Shown here piece after piece: positions 60,973-64,000 of a DNA stretch of 64,000 bases; position 1 is the stretch's first letter; every line of letters begins with the position of its first letter. The notes beneath the pieces were generated by a model. The model made no database searches and was not told where the DNA came from. It saw nothing but the letters and a program-made list of their open reading frames with translations. The position numbers and the translations under genes are program-made. This DNA is from Octopus sinensis (lineage: Eukaryota). Location of the stretch: assembly GCF_006345805.1 (NCBI RefSeq), contig NC_043004.1, forward strand, positions 93,124,001 through 93,188,000, given 5' to 3'.

Positions 60973-61814
60973 CCTAATTGCAAAATATAAGTAATGTGCC
61001 AGTGCTTAATACATTTTGCATTAGAAAAGAATGTAATCTGTAAACTACAAATGGAAACGCAGTTTTGATGTTTGAATAATTTTTCAGTGGGAACGATAGA
61101 CTGTGAAGATGCAATTTGCTGTCGTAAAGAAAGAGAAAGTAAACTATTCTTGAAATACGAGTAAATTGCGATAGAAACCAGAAGTAACGACAGCTCTATA
61201 CCAAAATTTCATAAGGCACTTTTGATATCTGATATGTGAGATTCCAATGCGAGTCTCGGCAATTTCTCTACCCATGAAGTTGTCAACCATCCACTCAATT
61301 TTATTGATTCAAACAAGGCGGCGAGCTTCCAAAAACGACTGTCTCCCCCTCCCCCAAAATTTCGGGCCTTGTGCCTAGAGTAGAAAAGAAATTCATTGAT
61401 TCAAATGACGACGGCATCCATACACAGACAATAGAAAGGTGATGGATGCTGGCCAAGAAGACACTTAAGCGACAATGAGAAAATAAGGATGATTAGGAGA
61501 TGCCATTGCCGTCACTTCTAGTTTCTTTCATGTTTTTAGGACAATTTATTTTCACTTATTTACGAGGGTAAACTACATGCTAACCGAATAAATCTGGTGG
61601 ACACTGAGATCACGAATAATAGGTTACATGTTCTATGTTCAAAGTACTCCTCTGCTCAGTAGATAAGTCCCATGGTTAAACCCACCCCAATACGAATTTG
61701 GGAAAGTTAATGACATGGTTTACAACAGATTTTATTTATTCGCCCAATAATACACAAACATGAACAAAGACTTCGATTCAAGATCGAAAGCCATTTCAAT
61801 AAATTCTTCTTTAA

Positions 61815-61990
61815 GAAAGATGCAAGCGTGGCTGTATGGTATGGTAAGAACTTTGCTTTCCAAACACATAGTTTCGAGCTCAGCCCCACTGCGTGACATC
61901 TTGGGGGGGGGGGGGTTCTACTAAAGCCTCGGGCCGACCAAAGCCTTATGAGGGAATTTGGTTGACGCAAACTGAAAGAAGCTCGTCGTA
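61815..61990 (-). mobile_element. SINE family A head/core
   Basis: ...CCCCACTGCGTGACATCTTGGG...GCCTCGGGCCGACCAAAGCCTT...CTGAAAGAAGCTCGTCGTATA. Confidence 0.78.
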
Positions 61991-62182
61991 TATGTATATA
62001 TATATATATATATAATATATATATATACATACATACATACATATATGCGCGCGCACATGTGTGTGTGTGTGTCTTTACGTTTGTTTACGTCCTCATAAGT
62101 CGAAAAGAGGAAAAATATGTTTGTTTCGACAAAGAGAAAATAATATGTTTTAAAGAAAACGGGGTTGTTTGGTTGATTAAAC

Positions 62183-62394
62183 CAGTGGTTCTCAGCCGGA
62201 GTCCATATGGTCCTTGGGAATCCATATAAGATTTTGTTGTTGAAATTTATCTGTAAGAAATTGGTTGGTTATACTTCTACAATTCGCAAAATAATATTCT
62301 AATAATTTTTTAATACATTTCATAATAATTCTGAAACCTAAAACCTGAAAATGGAATTTGGAGACGCAACAACACAACCCCTTTTTTAAGGAAA
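62183..62394. mobile_element. hAT/Charlie-type MITE end, truncated at the PLE
   Basis: CAGTGGTTCTCAGCCGGAGTCCATATGG terminus, typical of Charlie-like TIRs; the other end is not seen. Confidence 0.5.
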
Positions 62395-64000
62395 TACTTC
62401 AACCATACTCCTGATCTAACACACCAAAAATTCCGAATGAACACACAAAGCACATAGACCCCAAAATAATAAACCTATCTAAAAGAGAACTTAGCGAAAA
62501 TGAAATGAACCTACTGCTAAAAGGGCTCAAATTTACACCCACACCCACTCCAAATCTCATGGAACTAAAAACTGATACAGATAACTTTAGCCGCCGCCTC
62601 CGCCTTATGGAATTCTTTGAAAATAAGGAAATAGAAGATAATTCAATCATAAGAAAAAATCCCATTTCACCCCTTACAAGGGAAGTGACAAACACCTAAA
62701 TGCATACATAGAGACAATCTCCAAATTCCCTCTCAACACACATAAATGCAAACAGAACCTCCACAGAGGAGAAAAACAAGCCTTACAAAAACTTTAAAAA
62801 AATGAAAAGTCGATCATTTTAAAAGAAGCTGACAAAGGTGGGGCAATAGTAATTATGGATACATATTACTACAAAGAAAAGATACTGGAGATGCTTAACA
62901 ACCAGACATACTATAAAGAGGAATCAACACAACCGGAGAAAGCAACAATAAAAAAAAATTGGAACATTAGTCAATGAATACCAGGACTCCTTTACACACA
63001 AGGAGAAAGACTATTTATGCAACTCAAGAACCAAAGAAAGCAATTTTTATGGATTACCTAAAATTCATAAAAGCTCTGAAATACAGAGAGCCATAAAAGA
63101 ACAGAGGAACCATTATATAAAAATACAAAGGCCCGCAAACCTCACAATGAGACCAATAGTTGCAGGGCTCCAAGCGCTAACACAACTAAGCCACTTCATA
63201 GATGTACTCCTCAAACCTTTATGTCCACTGATACCAAGCTACATAAGGGATGACATAGACTTCTTCAGACACATTCCAAAAACGGTTCCGGAAAACACCA
63301 TACTTGCAAGCTTCGATGTCGCAAACTTATACACGAACATACCACACACCCTGGGTCTGGAAGCGATAACACAATGGGTAGAAAAATACAGGGAACTCAT
63401 AGATAAACGTTTCAAAACAGAGTTTATCACCAAAGCCACCCAATTAATACTTGAAGAAAACATTCTCATTTAACAACAAGGCATACCGACAGATAAAGGG
63501 CACGGCTATGGCGACGAAATTCGCACCTTCATATGCCAACCCGGTGATGGGTTTCCTTAAGAACAAACTATACGATGAAATAGGGAAAGTCTTCGAACAC
63601 GACTTCAGAGAAGACATCAAGAAAAAGTGGAAACGCTACCTCGATGACTGTTTCATCTTTTGGAACAGATCAGAAGATCTACGAACATTCCACAACATCC
63701 TCAACACACTGCACCCATCTATCAACTTCACAATAGATACCAGCTACAACGAACTTCCCCTCATAGACATCAAGATACACAACTCCATCGTCAGCAGAAA
63801 TCTACTACAAAAAAACGACACACACCAATACTTAAATTTTTACTCCTGCCACCCATCCCACATAAAAAGAAACATTCTGTATAGTATGGCAAGACGCATA
63901 TGCAGCATAGTGACCGATTTACAAACACGCCAAATAAGACTAAATGAACTTTAAAACTTCCTACTAGAACAGATATACCCACTCAAATTAATAAAAAACG
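62395..64000 (+). mobile_element. Penelope-like element reverse transcriptase, frameshifted, continues beyond the window
   Basis: IINLSKRELSENEMNLLLKGLKFTPTP, IILKEADKGGAIVIMD..YY, FYGLPKIHK, RPIVAG, LASFDVANLYTNIP, YRQIKGTAMATKFAPSYAN, WKRYLDDCFIFW, HPSINFT, THQYLNFYSCHP.HIKRNI.YSMARRI. Multiple frameshifts and a stop at about 63952. Confidence 0.92.

Overview
AT-rich, microsatellite- and SINE-saturated animal genomic DNA. The repeat families resemble those of octopus/coleoid cephalopods (inference, not verified by search). The only clearly recognisable host gene is the 3' end of an ARFGEF1/2 (BIG1/BIG2, Sec71) Arf-GEF on the + strand: four phase-compatible exons at 852-1032, 2616-2754, 4440-4557 and 8488-8622, with a possible alternative last exon near 11078. 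The rest is a nest of mobile DNA: at least four tRNA-derived SINE families, RTE and CR1 LINE ends, two mariner relics, piggyBac/Tigger/hAT MITEs, two non-autonomous Helitrons plus a Helitron helicase fragment, an internally deleted integrase-only Gypsy-type LTR element plus a solo LTR of the same family, and a decayed Penelope-like (PLE) reverse transcriptase running off the right edge. The most unusual signal is a series of short element stubs in (TA)n/(GA)n microsatellites. Several carry whole, half or variant minimal hammerhead-ribozyme motifs and fold-back inversions: a 73-bp-arm palindrome with a hammerhead on each strand (19195-19346), a core-variant hammerhead (59047-59082), and a direct-repeat-flanked element with hammerhead-like strands in non-canonical order (59875-60793). 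There are also unexplained exon-like segments, one apparently split by a MITE (37381-38059). No database searches or folding computations were run; family names come from recognised motifs.
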